Positions 50,923-63,335 of a DNA stretch of 64,000 bases are shown here, piece after piece. The stretch is from positions 33,108,001-33,172,000 of the forward strand of contig NC_091991.1 in the NCBI RefSeq assembly GCF_044704955.1, written 5' to 3'. Position numbers and translations under genes: made by a program. The stretch comes from Pristiophorus japonicus. Taxonomy: Eukaryota. The notes below the pieces were generated by a model. That model had not been told where the DNA came from. It saw nothing but the letters and a program-made list of their open reading frames with translations, and searched no databases. Within the stretch, counting starts at the first letter, position 1. Every line of letters begins with the position of its first letter.

Positions 50923-53900
50923 TGTCATGTATGTAGACCATGTATACTAACTGTATAGTCACATAAGGTGTGCCACCAGAGGGCACTGCGGTGGGAGATC
51001 TGAGGGTTATCTGCATAGGTGTGCAGGGCCCAGTATAAAAGGCTGCCCACCATGCTTGTGCCTCACTCTAGAGTTACAATAAATGGGACTGCGGTCACAA
51101 CAGCTCAAGTACAATACTAGACCTTGTGAAGTCAGTCATAAGAGTACCAAAGACATAACAACTGGCGATGAGATTACGAACTTTCACGCAAAAATGACTA
51201 ACGTTGATGCATTAGAAAAGTTCTCAGAGGGTGAAGATTGGGAAGCCTTTACGGAGCGGCTCGACCAATATTTTGTAGGAAACGACCTGGTAGGCGATGA
51301 TCCGACCACGCTGGCAGATAAGTGCAGAGCTATCCTGTTGACCAGTTGTGGGCCCGCGGTCTACGGCCTCGCCAGGGACTTGCTTGCACCAGAGAAATCA
51401 CCGACCAAGTCATACGAGGAGCTGAAAGTGCTCATTCAGGACCAACTCAAACCGAAGGAGAACAACTTCACGGCCAGACATTGATTTTATACACACTGCC
51501 ACCCCGAGGGCCAGGAAATCGCGAAGTACGTCGTCGACCTCAGGAGGCTGGCAGGACCGTGTGAATTTGGCACATCCCTCACCGATGTGTTGTGGGACGT
51601 CTTCGTAATTGGCATCAGTCATGAGGCCCTTCTTCACAGGCTACTATTGGCCGAAACCACCGTCACTCCCCAGAAGGTCATCAGCATCAGCCAGGCATTC
51701 ATGACCTCAAGCTGCAGCTCCGAGCAGATGATGACGCACTCTCAGGACTCAAACCCGGCAAGTACTGTAAATGGAATGGCACCTTTCACAGGCAGAACTG
51801 TTGAACGTGAATCTGCCCAGGGCAGAGCGTACAGGCCCCCAAGTCCTTTAACTCAGAGTCCGCCGAGGGGTGCAAACGTAAGTCGAGTAGCACCATGCTG
51901 GCGTTGTGGAGGTAATCACAGTCTCTGAACCGATACTGATGAGCCCTATGTGTGCAAAGGCTGCAGCACAAAGGGCCACCTCCAGCAAATGTGCAAAAGA
52001 GCTGTGACTCACCACGTGGAAGAGGAGTCAGCAGATGGCTGTGAATCCAGTGCGGATTACGAGGAGCTGGCTAGAGAGGCAGCTCAGTCCCAGGACGAAG
52101 TGTATGGAGTATATACCTGCACCACAGATTGTCCTCCAGTGATAATGGAAGTCGAGATAAATGGCGTTCCAGTCTTCATGGAAGTGGACACTGGGGCGAG
52201 TCAGTCAGTAATGAGCCAGGAAGCCTTTGAGAGGCTATGGAACGATCAAGCTGAACGGCCCAAGCTGGTCCCAGTTCAGGCAAAGCTGCGTACCTACACC
52301 AAGGAACTGATACCAGTTGTTGGCAGTGCGGGTGTAAGTATATCCCGTGATGGCGCGGTGCACAATTTACCATTGTGGATTGTTTCAGGTGATGGACCAA
52401 TGCTACTTGGAAGAAGATGGATGGGGAAGATTCATTGGAACTGGGAAGACTTCATCCCTCCAGCGATCGACGTCCCCCGTGCTCAGAGGCAGAGCAAGCC
52501 CCCACCTTCGGTTAGACCAGGCACCGGAGAGCAGATCCGCACAGCCCCCGAGGCACAGACCGCTCATCACGACTGCGTGGCGATGATCGCGGCAGTCGAC
52601 ACCATGGACAGGGAAAAGATGGTGTCCAAACCACGAGGTACAGCGCTAATGGAGCAACGACACATGGTTCCACGCAAGGAAGACAACTGGGGTAAAAGTA
52701 ATAAGACCATTTTCAAGGAGGCCAGCCATCCGCCATTTTTGAATGAACTGCTTGAAATTGGTAACCAATGTAAAAGTCCAGCTGTAACGAGCAAAATGTT
52801 GTTGAGCGATGTTGGGTGCAAATTGCAATCAGCCAATGTAGCGGGCGAACACCTAACGGTCGTATACACATCCAGCGAGCTACCCAATGCTGTAGCCTGC
52901 GTCCCCGGGACCAGACGATGTATCATAGTGTCCCCACAGCTGACAGAAGTAGACAAGCTGCAGAGTAAACAATCCCCGGAGAGCAGAGGCACCAGTAGCG
53001 ATACCCTGCCTCAGATCGGTTTAACATTGCAGGCACCCGATGGCATGAACCGCCACGGGCCAGAAACAGTAAACTGCGCCTATGCTCACAGTCGGCTACC
53101 GTCGCCCACCACCCAGGTGAAAAAGGCGCAGCCCACAAACCCACTCGCCACCACGGCAATGCCCAAGAGCGAAGGGTCACCCGCAATGGCTCCTCCGAAC
53201 GGGACCTGGACCAGCCAGGATCCCAAACTAGAGAGTGCTCACAACGGTGCCCTCAAGGAAAGCGAGTCAGCAGTGCCCTGCGAACTGCTAGACAAGACGA
53301 GGTAGCCCCACTGTCGCTTAGACAAAATGCTCGCTCGCTCAGACCGCTTCCCAGGGAACAGCAGCGACACTGTGCAAACGAAAAGGACAGGGAGGTCACA
53401 GACACATCAGCAGTCTTTGGGCCTGCCCGACACTAGGAGTAACGGCAAGAGCCCTGAGCTCCGGCAACTCGAGCAAAATGAGCTCACCTCGCCCACAGAC
53501 CCACCAGCATGGGGTGCTGCACCGCCACCAGCAGACGACCCGGATCTCATCCGGCCGTGCTGGAACTAGACTGTCCTCGTGTACCTGTACTGATATACCT
53601 GTACTGATTATGTAAATGTACCACACAAAAAGAAACACAACTGTAATCCACCCAACAAATGTACCAAGATGTAAATGTAAAACCCATGTGATGAACTTGA
53701 ATGCAACTTACATGTAACGGGCCATTAACATGATCTCTGTGTGTGGGGGGGGTGGGGGGGGAGGGGGGCGGGGAAGAATGGAGAAGTCATGGACTCATAA
53801 CCAGAAACCACTGGGACCTCCACTGGCAACAAATCTCACTACCAACCCACCCAAGCTAGAACCGACCCTCCAATGGTCAACCAGGAAGAGCAAAGCCCAG

Positions 53901-54171
53901 GTCACTGTCAATGTACGAGTCAATTTGCATTAAAGACTTGGGGGAAGTGATGTCATGTATGTAGACCATGTATACTAACTGTGTAGTCACATAAGGTGTG
54001 CCACCAGAGGGCTCTGCTGTGGGAGACCTGAGGGTCACCCATATAGGTGTGCATGGCCCACCATGCTTGTGCCCCACTCTGGAGTTACAATAAATGGGAC
54101 TAAGGTCACAACAGCTCAAGTACAATACTAGACCTTGTGGAGTCAGTCATAAGAGTACTAAAGACATAACA
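50923..54171 (+). mobile_element. RT-less Gypsy-derived LTR element (gag + protease + unrelated extension)
   Basis: LTRs 50923-51160 and 53951-54171; PBS tggcgatgag; PPT ggggggaag-like; TSD ctacc/ctatc; empty site at ~57813. Confidence 0.9.
51950..53305 (+). CDS. Zn knuckle + aspartic protease fused to ~270 aa non-Pol sequence
   Basis: CKGCSTKGH, MEVDTGAS, LLGRRW; no RT/RNaseH/IN motifs. Upstream gag is disrupted. Confidence 0.55.
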   Translation: MCKGCSTKGHLQQMCKRAVTHHVEEESADGCESSADYEELAREAAQSQDEVYGVYTCTTDCPPVIMEVEINGVPVFMEVDTGASQSVMSQEAFERLWNDQAERPKLVPVQAKLRTYTKELIPVVGSAGVSISRDGAVHNLPLWIVSGDGPMLLGRRWMGKIHWNWEDFIPPAIDVPRAQRQSKPPPSVRPGTGEQIRTAPEAQTAHHDCVAMIAAVDTMDREKMVSKPRGTALMEQRHMVPRKEDNWGKSNKTIFKEASHPPFLNELLEIGNQCKSPAVTSKMLLSDVGCKLQSANVAGEHLTVVYTSSELPNAVACVPGTRRCIIVSPQLTEVDKLQSKQSPESRGTSSDTLPQIGLTLQAPDGMNRHGPETVNCAYAHSRLPSPTTQVKKAQPTNPLATTAMPKSEGSPAMAPPNGTWTSQDPKLESAHNGALKESESAVPCELLDKTR

Positions 54172-54206
54172 CTATCCATGCCTGTTGTCTCAGAATTCTG
54201 CTTCCT

Positions 54207-55206
54207 CTAGGTTTTTTCTGCTTTCTGCACAAAGGTGCATTTGTTGATGGTGGGGTTGAACAGGGACAGATCTAGCAGACAGTATTGTGGAAGGCCCGGT
54301 TCATCGTCTGACTCTTCTTCAGCCTGTGGATGAACCCTCGGCACACTACCTGACTTTGGTCTTGGGACTGGAAAGTGAGTGTCAGCAGTTGATGCTGCCA
54401 ATTGCTGTTGGGCAACGGCAGCCTGGGTGCGTCCACTTACTGCAGCAGCTATCTCCGACATTCCCTCCATAATCTGTACCGACACTGCATCAGCTGCGTC
54501 TGACATCCCCTCCCTAATCTCTGACATCCCCTCCCTCATCTCCGACTTCCCCTCCCTCATCTCCGACATCCCCTCCCACATCTGTCCCGACACTGCTCTC
54601 ATTCCTCCAGACAGTGTTGCTACTTCTATTGAAAGTCCCCCTAATTCTACCCTCACCCCACCCATGCTGTCCAGGAGCGATCTGGTTAGCTCAGTACTCT
54701 CCCTACTCATTCCCATGATCTGTCCTATATCCCCTGCAACCTGCATTTCAGTTTGAGCTCTCCTTCCCACCCTCCTCAGCCGAGCCCCAGGTGTGGCTTG
54801 CTGCAACCCACTGGGACCCGCAGCCTCGGACTTTACCCCATGAAATGTCGCGTCGGTTGTATCGCTCAGCAAAAGGTTTGGTGTCCTCTGGGGGTTCACC
54901 CGCTCCAGTTGCAATGTGACCATGTCATCATTGGGGTCTTCCTGCTGCCCCTCATTGTCCAGCTCATCCTTGTCCTGAAGTTGATGAAGAATATTTGTAC
55001 TGATGGCGTCCTGATCTTCTGCTTCAGCTTCTGTCTCTTCCAGATGCGCAACAGCTGCAAAACATAACAGAGCAGATATTTGGTTAACAGCAGGGGAGGG
55101 GGCAGAGGGGGCAGGGTGACATCAGTATGTGGCAGGGCATACCCTCTCTCGGTAACCTGGGCCAGCGTCCACATTGGTGGTTGATCTTCTCTTACGAGAT
55201 TGAATC
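54207..55206 (-). pseudogene. Harbinger ORF2 copy A (exons 2-3 only)
   Basis: Paralogue of 59750-60627; GT-AG intron 55055-55142; MSEMREG heptad repeats. Confidence 0.75.
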
Positions 55207-55254
55207 TAAGCAGGAAGCAGAAAGAATTGGGCAGAAAGGTTCCTAATGGCTAAT

Positions 55255-55650
55255 GAGTCAGAAGGTCGTGGCTTCAAGGCCCACTCCAGAGACTTGAACA
55301 CAAAATTCTGAGTACTGCATTATCGGAGGTGCCGTCTTTCAGATGAGACGTTAAATCGAGGCCCCGTCTGTTCTTTCAGGTAGATGTAAAAGGCCCATGG
55401 CAATATTTCGAAGAGCATGGGAGTTACCCCCGGTGTCCTGGCCAAAATATATATTTCAATCAACTTCACTAAAACAGATTATCTGGTCATTGTTACATTG
55501 CTGTTTGTGGGGGCTTGCTGTGCTCAAATTGGCTGCCACATTTCCTACATACAAACAGTGACTACACTTCAAAAAAATACTTCATCGCAATCAAAGTGCT
55601 TTGGGATGTCCTGAGGTTATGAAAGGTGCCATATAAATGCAACTCTTTAC
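55255..55650 (+). mobile_element. Deu-domain SINE (duplicated flank)
   Basis: cagatgagacgttaaatcgaggcccc; paralogue at 61500-61940. Confidence 0.7.
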
Positions 55651-56389
55651 TAAAGTTTATATTCAGGGAAGCAATATTTGCATGGCTCAGTTGGCAGCAC
55701 TTTTGCCTAAGGGGTTTAACCATCACACCAGGACTTCAGCGCTTAATCTAGGTTGGCACTCCCATGCAGTGCTAAGGGAATTCTGCATTGTGAAGGTGGT
55801 ATCCTTCAGATGAGATGCTAAACACTTTTTGCTTGTTCAGGTGGACGTTAAGGATCCTATGGCACTATTCACGAAGAAGAACAGGGAGTTCTTCCACTGT
55901 CTTGGCCAACATTCCTCCATCAACCAACACCAAAAAAGTTTATATACAGGGAAACACTGTGGTATATAAATGAGGAAATGTGTATTGGTAAGTATAATAC
56001 AGTACAGTACAATCATTTGGTAAAAGCACTGTACTACATAGAGGCAACACACACAAAAGTAACACCATGGATTTCTCCAAACTATTCCTTCGTGTATATT
56101 TTTTTCTAAGTTTTTTTTTACTTCTTTCCCTGTTCATGAAATGATTTTAATTTAGGGAACCATTGATTGCAAAGGTGTCTCATTTCAAGTCTAGAATATG
56201 TAGAGGCTCATTCATACAACAGATTGAAAGCTTGGCGAGCCCAGTGGCTGTTTCAGTGGGATGTCTGGCAGTTAACAAAAGACAGCCTCAGGCTGTGTAC
56301 CTACCACTTATTGCACTGTAGCTGGATCCAGGTCTGGGGACATGGGAAGTTTTTTTTGCAGATTTGGAGAATAACAATTATGGGTACAT

Positions 56390-57612
56390 ATTTTACTATG
56401 CCTCATGTAGTAAGGTTGGTTTACATGGTATATGAAGGCGATGGATAATACAACAACGCCATCGTTGCACAAACCAGATCGCTCGAGCATTAATGGGGAG
56501 GAGGCTATATCCTGATCGAATCTACAGGGACAGGTGCTCATACTTGCATCTGAGTGAGGCAGACTGCATTTGCAGGCTGTGATTTAGAAAGGAGGTCATC
56601 ACCAAGATCTGCCAGCTAGTCAGGTCAGCCACACAGCCAAGAAGTGGCAGGAGGACTCCCTACCTTTGGAAGTGAAGGTCACTGCAGCACTGGCCTTCTA
56701 TACTTCTGGCTCATTTCAAGCAGCAACTGGGGACTTTTGCTGCATCTCGCAGCATGCCACACATTGCTGCATTCGACAGGTGACTGCTGCACTGTATGCC
56801 AAAAGGGCATCAATTTCCCTATGACCACCTAGGCAATGCCAGACAAGGCTGTGGGGTTCTCCAGAATTGCTGGCTTCCCAAAAGTACAGGGTGTGATCGA
56901 CTGTACCCACATCGCCTTGAGAGCACCTTTGGATGACTCCGAGATTTATCGCAACAGGAAAGGGTTCCATTCCCTAAATGTGCAGCTCGTCTGCGACAAT
57001 CTACATCGGATCATGGGAGTGGATGCCAAATACCCAGGTAGCATCCATGATGCTTTCATCTTACATGAGAGTGTTATGTCTACCATGTTTCAGGAGCTGC
57101 CAGAAGGGCAGATCTGGTTGCTCGGACACAAAGGGTACGGACTCGCCACCTAGCTTATGACCCCTCTACGCAACCCCTCTGATCCAGAGCGTCAGTACAA
57201 CATGTCGCACATAATGACAGGGAGCATCATAGAGCGGACAGTTGGCATACTGAAGCAGCGTTTCCGATGCCTGGACCACTCTGGAGGTTACCTGCAATAC
57301 ACCCCTCACCATGACGGTCAGTTCATTGTCGTGTGCTGCATGCTGCATAACTTGGCCATCGTGAGGGGCCAGATCCTGGACATTGAAGATCCTCCCTAGG
57401 GGAGAAGGGGGGGGTGGGGGGGAGGGAGGAAGAGGTGGCTGACGAGGAGGAGGAGGAACAGCAGCAGCAGGAGGACCAGCAGCAGGAGGGGGACGAATAA
57501 CCCATGTCACCACCTCAACCGCAGGATGTTGGCACAGAGGCGGCCTCATGCAGCTATAGCCATAGCTAGAGACTTGCGTCAGCGGCTAATCCATGATCGC
57601 TTTGCTGCCTGA
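56390..57612 (+). pseudogene. Harbinger DDE transposase, copy B, near full-length, disrupted
   Basis: MGRRLYPDRIYRDR, IDCTHIAL, YRNRKGFHSLNVQLVCD, YPGSIHDAFIL, IIERTVGILKQRF. Confidence 0.92.
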
Positions 57613-57919
57613 AGGCTAAACCACCCAAGAGTGTTGAGTCTTTGCACCTGTTGGTGTGAAAATATAACATGCAGGATTCTGCTTAAATTTAAATACTTGA
57701 AACTTTTCAATGAAGCAACAAGTAACAGAAACAAACAAACAAACAAACTCTAGCTGCAGCCATCCTTATTCAAAGACCTTAGCGCTGTGCGCCCCTCTTG
57801 CCGTCTGTACCCCTACCCGTGCCCGTTGTCTCAGAATTCTGCTTCCTCACCCTGACCCCAAGGTTTTTTCTGCTTTCTGTGCAAAGGCGCAATTGTTGGT
57901 GGAATTGGAAGGGACAGAT

Positions 57920-59750
57920 AAATATAACATAAGAACAGAAGAATTAGGAACAGGAGTAGGCCACCTAGCCCCTCGAGCCTGCTCCGCCATTCAACAAGAT
58001 CATGGCTGATCTGGCCGTGGACTCAGCTCCACTTACCCGCCCTCTCCCCATAACCCCTAATTCCCTTATTGGTTAAAAATCTATCTATCTGTGATTTGAA
58101 TACATTCAATGAGCTAGCCTCAACTGCTTCCTTGGGCAGAGAATTCCACAGATTCACAACCCTCTGGGAGAAGAAATTCCTTTTCAACTGGCTCCACCGT
58201 ATTTTGAGGCTGTGTCCCCTAGTTCTAGTCTCCCCGACCAGTGGAAACAACCTCTCTGCCTCTATCTTGTCTATCCCTTTCATTATTTTAAATGTTTCTA
58301 TAAGATCACCCCTCATCCTTCTGAACTCTAACGAGTAAAGACTCAGTCTACTCAATCTATCATCATAAGGTAACCCCCTCATCTCCGGAATCAGCCTAGT
58401 GAATCGTCTCTGTACCCCCTCCAAAGCTAGTATATCCTTCCTTAAGTAAGGTGCCCAAAACTGCACGCAGTACTCCAGGTGCGGCCTCACCAATACCCTG
58501 TACAGTTGCAGCAAGACCTCCCTGCTTTTATACTCCATCCCTCTCACAATGAAGGCCAACATTCCATTCGCCTTCCTGATTACCTGCTGCACCTGCAAAC
58601 TAACTTTTTGGGATTCATGCACAAGGACCCCCAGGTCCCTCTGCACCGCAGCATGTTGTAATTTCTCCCCATTCAAATAATATTCCCTTTTACTGTTTTT
58701 TTTTCCAAGGTGGATGACCTCACATTTTCTGACATTGTATTCCATCTGCCAAACCTTAGCCCATTCGCTTAACCTATCTAAATCTCTTTGCAGCCTCTCT
58801 GTGTCCTCTAAACGACCCGCTTTCCCACTAATCTTTGTGTCATCTGCAAATGTTGTTACACTACACTCTGTCCCCTCTTCCAGGTCATCTATGTATATTG
58901 TAAACAGTTGTGGCCCCAGCACCGATCCCTGTCGCACACCACTAACCACCGATTTCCAACCCGAAAAGGACCCACTTATCCCGACGCTCTGCTTTCTGTT
59001 AGCCAGCCAATTTTCTATCCTTGCTAATACATTTCCCTGACTCCGCGTATCTTTATCTTCTGCAGTAACCTTTTGTGTGACACCTTATCGAATGCCTCTT
59101 GGAAATCTAAATACACCATATCCATCGGTACACCTCTATCTGCCATGCTCGTTATATCCTCAAAGAATTCCAGTAAATTAGTTATAAACATGATTTCCCC
59201 TTCATGAATCCATGTTGCGTTTGCTTGATTGCACTATTCCTATCTAGATGTCCCGCTATTTCTTCCTTAATGATAGCTTCAAGCATTTTCCCCACTACAG
59301 ATGTTAAACTAACCGGCCTATAGTTACCTGCCTTTTGTCTGCCCCCTTTTTTAAAAAGAGGCGTTACATTAGCTGCTTTCCAATCCGCTGGTATCTCCCC
59401 AGAGTCCAGAGAATTTTGGTAGATTACAACGAATGCATCTGCTATAACTTCTGCCATCTCTTTTAATACCCTAGGATGCATTTCATCAGGACCAGGGGAC
59501 TTGTCTACCTTGAGTCCCATTAGCCTGTCCAGCACTACCCCCCTAGTGATAGTGATTATCTCAAGGTCCTCCCTTCCCACATTCCCGTGACCAGCAATTT
59601 TTGGCATGGTTTTTGTGTCTTCCACTGTGAAGACCGACGCCATTTCCACATTTCCCATTATTAAATCCCCCTTCTCATCTTCTAAGGGACCAACATTTAC
59701 TTTAGTCACTCTTTTCCGTTTTATATATCGGTAAAAGCTTTTATTCTAAA
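57920..59750 (-). mobile_element. 5'-truncated CR1 (subfamily B) in Harbinger copy B
   Basis: ORFs 58023-58949 and 59182-59709; empty site gggacagatctagc at ~54263. Confidence 0.93.
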
Positions 59751-61105
59751 AGATCTAGCAGACAGCATTGTGGAAGGCTCGGGTTCATCATCGGACTCTT
59801 CTTCAGCCTGTGGATGAACCCTCGGCACACTACCTGACTTTGGGCTTGGGACTGGAAAGTGAGTGTCAGCAGTTGATGCTGCCAATTGCTGTTGGGCAAC
59901 GGCAGCCTGGGTGCGTCCACTTACTGCAGCAGCTATCCCTGATATTCCCTCCCTAATCTGTACTGACACTGCACCAGCTGCCTCCGATATTCCCTCCCTC
60001 ATCTCCGACTTCCCCTCCCTCATCTCCGACATCCCCTCCCACATCTGTCCCGACACTGCTCCCATTCCTCCAGACAGTGTTGCTACTTCTGAAAGTCTGC
60101 CTAATTCTACCCTCAACCCACCCATGGTGGCAGGAGCGATCTGGTTAGCTCAATACTCTCCCTACTCATTCCCATGATCTGTCCTATGTCCCCTGCATCC
60201 TGCATTTCAGTTTGAGCTCTCCTTCCCACCCTCCTCGGCCGTCCCCCAGGTGGGACTTGCTGCAACCCACTGGGACCCGCAGCCTCGGACTCTACCCCAT
60301 GAAATGTCGCGTCGGTTGTATTGCTCAGCAAACGGCTTGGCGTCCTCTGGGGGGTTCACCTGCTCCAGTTGCAATGTGACCATGTCATCATTGGGGTCTT
60401 CCTGCTGCCCTTCATTGTCCAGCTCATCCTCATCCTGAAGTTGATGAAGAATATCTGTACTGATGGCGTCCTGATCTTCTGCTTCAGCTTCTTGATGCGA
60501 AATATCTGCAAAACATAACAGAGCAGATATTTGGTTAGCAGCAGGGGAGGGGGCATGGCTTACCCTCGCTCGGTAACTTGGGCCCAGCGTCCACATTGGT
60601 GGTTGATCTTCTCTTACGAGATTGAATCATATCAGCGATCCTCTCCACGGCTGTTAGTTGCAGCTTACTTGGCGCACTTCCTCCAGTTTTTGACCTTTCT
60701 CAGTTGATCAGTGACACCTTCCTCTGCAAAGATGAAAATGGAACTTTTTAAGAGAGGGTCCTTCTGCTATGGTGGCCACACACACACACATTAGTCACAT
60801 TGACAAATGTAATTGCAGTGCATAAATACTTGCAGTAACTGCTTGGCCAAGGTCCTGCCACTTCTTTTTAAACCTGCTCACCGCTTCTCGGGGTCATGGC
60901 CATTGCTTTCCACTCTTCTGCAACTTGGTCCCAAAGTTTTACTCGTAAAGAGGGTTTCAGTTATTTTTGTCCGATTCTTCTTTTGTTCTCAAGCACATCC
61001 CATCTCCTCTCAATGATGTCTACCAGGAGCTCAATTACCTTCTGCTTGAAATCTCTTCGCCCTTCCCCCTTCTCGTCCTTCTCCTTCCCCTTCCCTTGGA
61101 TCCAT
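59751..61105 (-). pseudogene. Harbinger ORF2 copy B: three-exon Myb/SANT-like DNA-binding gene, disrupted
   Basis: Exon 1 IELLVDIIERRWDVL..KLWDQVAEEW..KKKWQDL; exon 2 60564-60723 (ERSKTGG); intron 60506-60563 gtaagc..tttgcag. Confidence 0.8.
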
Positions 61106-61499
61106 CTTTTGCAGCTAAAATGTAAATGTCCAGATCCAGCTCCGATCCCAATGTGTTCTCACAAGCTGCTGATCCAGACCAGGAAGTTCACTGTGGATGC
61201 GCGGACATACCCTTCACGTGGAAAAAGTTGGGGGTTTTTCCAGCGCATGCTCACTGACTTTCCGGCGAACACTTGAAGCTCCACCCCCAGATTTAACTTT
61301 GGGTACTGCAATGCCAAAATTATATTTTAATTTGCTCAAAAATCGGCAAAGAGGAAAATAGAGCCCATAGAGTCAGAATGAATGCATATTTAAAATCTGC
61401 TACACCGGGCATCCAATTTGAGTTGCACCAAGCAGTGAGGTGTCTAAGCAGGAAGCAGAAAGAATTAGACAGAAGGGTTCCTAATGGCTAATGTCTGCC

Positions 61500-61940
61500 C
61501 TGGCACTCTCACCTCCTGAGTCAGAAGGTTGTGGCTTCAAGGTCCACTCCAGAGACTTGAGCACCAAATTCTAGGCTGACACTACAGCGCAGTGCTGAGT
61601 ACTGCATTATCGGAGGTGCCGTCTTTCAGATGAGACGTTAAATCGAGGCCCCGTCTGCTCTTTCAGGTAGATGTAAAAGATCCCATGGCAATATTTCGAA
61701 GAGCATAGGAGTTACCCCCGGTGTCCTGGCCAAAATATATATCTCAATCAACTTCACCAAAACAGATTAATTATCTGGTCATTGTTACATTGCTGTTTGT
61801 GGGAGCTTGCTGTGCTCAAATTGGCTGCCACATTTCTTACATTACAACAGTGACTACACTTCAAAAAGTACTTCGTTGGCTGCAAAGTGTTTAGGAATGT
61901 CCTGAAGTCGTGAAAGGTGCCATATAAGTGCAAGTCTTTA
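61500..61940 (+). mobile_element. Deu-domain SINE
   Basis: Same core and tail as other copies. Confidence 0.7.
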
Positions 61941-62016
61941 CTAAAGTTTATATTCAGGGAAGCAATATTTGCATGGCTCAGTTGGCAGCACTTTTGCCTA
62001 AGGGGTTTAACCCTCA

Positions 62017-63335
62017 AAAGCGTGTTGCTTTTTGTTCTCGTGCAAACAAGTGGTTTTACAATTGGGAGATAGGGGCTAGTTTGAATTCTGGATTGAGTAG
62101 GTAGCTGCAGTTCTCTTAACTGAATGTTTAGCTGTTAGCTTGCTGAATGGCATTCATTGTTGAAGACAGTGAAGTGCTGCTCCTTTGTGATGTGGGCTTT
62201 TCCTGCCCAGGCTAGCTGTACATATGGGGATTGTATTGCATGAGTTCTTTATGGTGCTTTCCCATGGGCCTTGGTTTGGGTGCTACAACCTTTGTATTCC
62301 TGCCACAGAATCTCTCACAGGTGGGTTGCAGTAGTGTGGATTTGATGCCATCAGATTTAACTGCACTCGGTTGCTGAAAATGCCCTTTGATGGGAGGGAC
62401 CATAGTAGCCAAGTAGCGACAATGAGTATTTGTCAATAGATTTGAGGCTTTTCCCAGAATAGTTCCAAAGGACTAAGTCCAGCACTGCAAGGTTGGTGTG
62501 TTATTCAGCCCTCCTGACACTGCAACTGCGGCAGCGATGCTGTTTCTCTACCTCTAAAGGGACTTTTTCACATTGGTGGTATCGGGGAGGCCGTGTAGCT
62601 AGTATTGGGGTTCTCATTTAGTTTGCTAGAGATTGTTGCAAGTTTTATCCCTGAGGGGTCTCTTCCAAGGAAGGATATAGTAATGCTACATCGATCCCTA
62701 TTTGGACAATTGGCTCTCTAGGATGGCTTTGACAAAAAGCTGGAGTTGTAGTGCACTGCTACTCATAACTTGATCAGGAATGTGTTTGTGAGCTGCTGCA
62801 TTTGTTTATCCTGGGCTGAACTGATGGATGTTGATTGCTGTGGCATTCACTGCTTTTGCCTCTCTTCCTGCTCAGTAACAGAAGGCAAGCGAATGTTAGG
62901 CAGTTATCCCATCCTCCGCAAAGCAAAGGAAAAGATCTATTTGTTTTCACCTTTCATTGGAGGAATGCAGTAGCTTGATTGGAATCTTAACTCCATTCTG
63001 TACAGCGTTCCGAGCGATGGCTCTCGGCATGGTGTTACTGAAGCTATTGGTGCAGGCAGTCTCCTTGCAGGGCTTTGGGTGTCTTGTTAATGACATTGGG
63101 ATGTGTTCATCTGAATAAGTCAGGAAAGGGCCCACTGGCAAAAAGATCACATGCTTATACTGCACTCAGTTCAGGAGCTGGTGTAAACTTGTAAAATGAT
63201 TGCATTAAAGTACATGAAAAACACAAAAAAAAGGGCTCCTGAAGGAACGATCAGCCATGATCTTATTGAATGGTGGTGCAGGCTCGAAGGGCCGAATGAC
63301 CTACTCTTGCACCTATTTTCTATGTTTCTATGTTT
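62017..63335 (+). mobile_element. Insertion of ~1.2 kb foreign sequence ending in a ~90-bp CR1 tail
   Basis: Splits a SINE that is intact at 55680-55935; flanked by ctca duplication. Confidence 0.75.

Larger units (their letters stand above)
48827..61366. mobile_element. PIF/Harbinger transposon, internally duplicated composite
   Basis: TIR gggctctattttc (48827-48839, 61354-61366); TSD ata; transposase and Myb/SANT genes convergent. Confidence 0.88.

Noticed and set aside
55680-55760. tRNA gene (tggctcagttggcagc)
   Set aside because: Degenerate SINE head; no cloverleaf.
56390-57612. Domesticated host HARBI1 gene
   Set aside because: Stops and frameshifts, with TIRs, TSD and partner ORF present; it is a decayed transposon.
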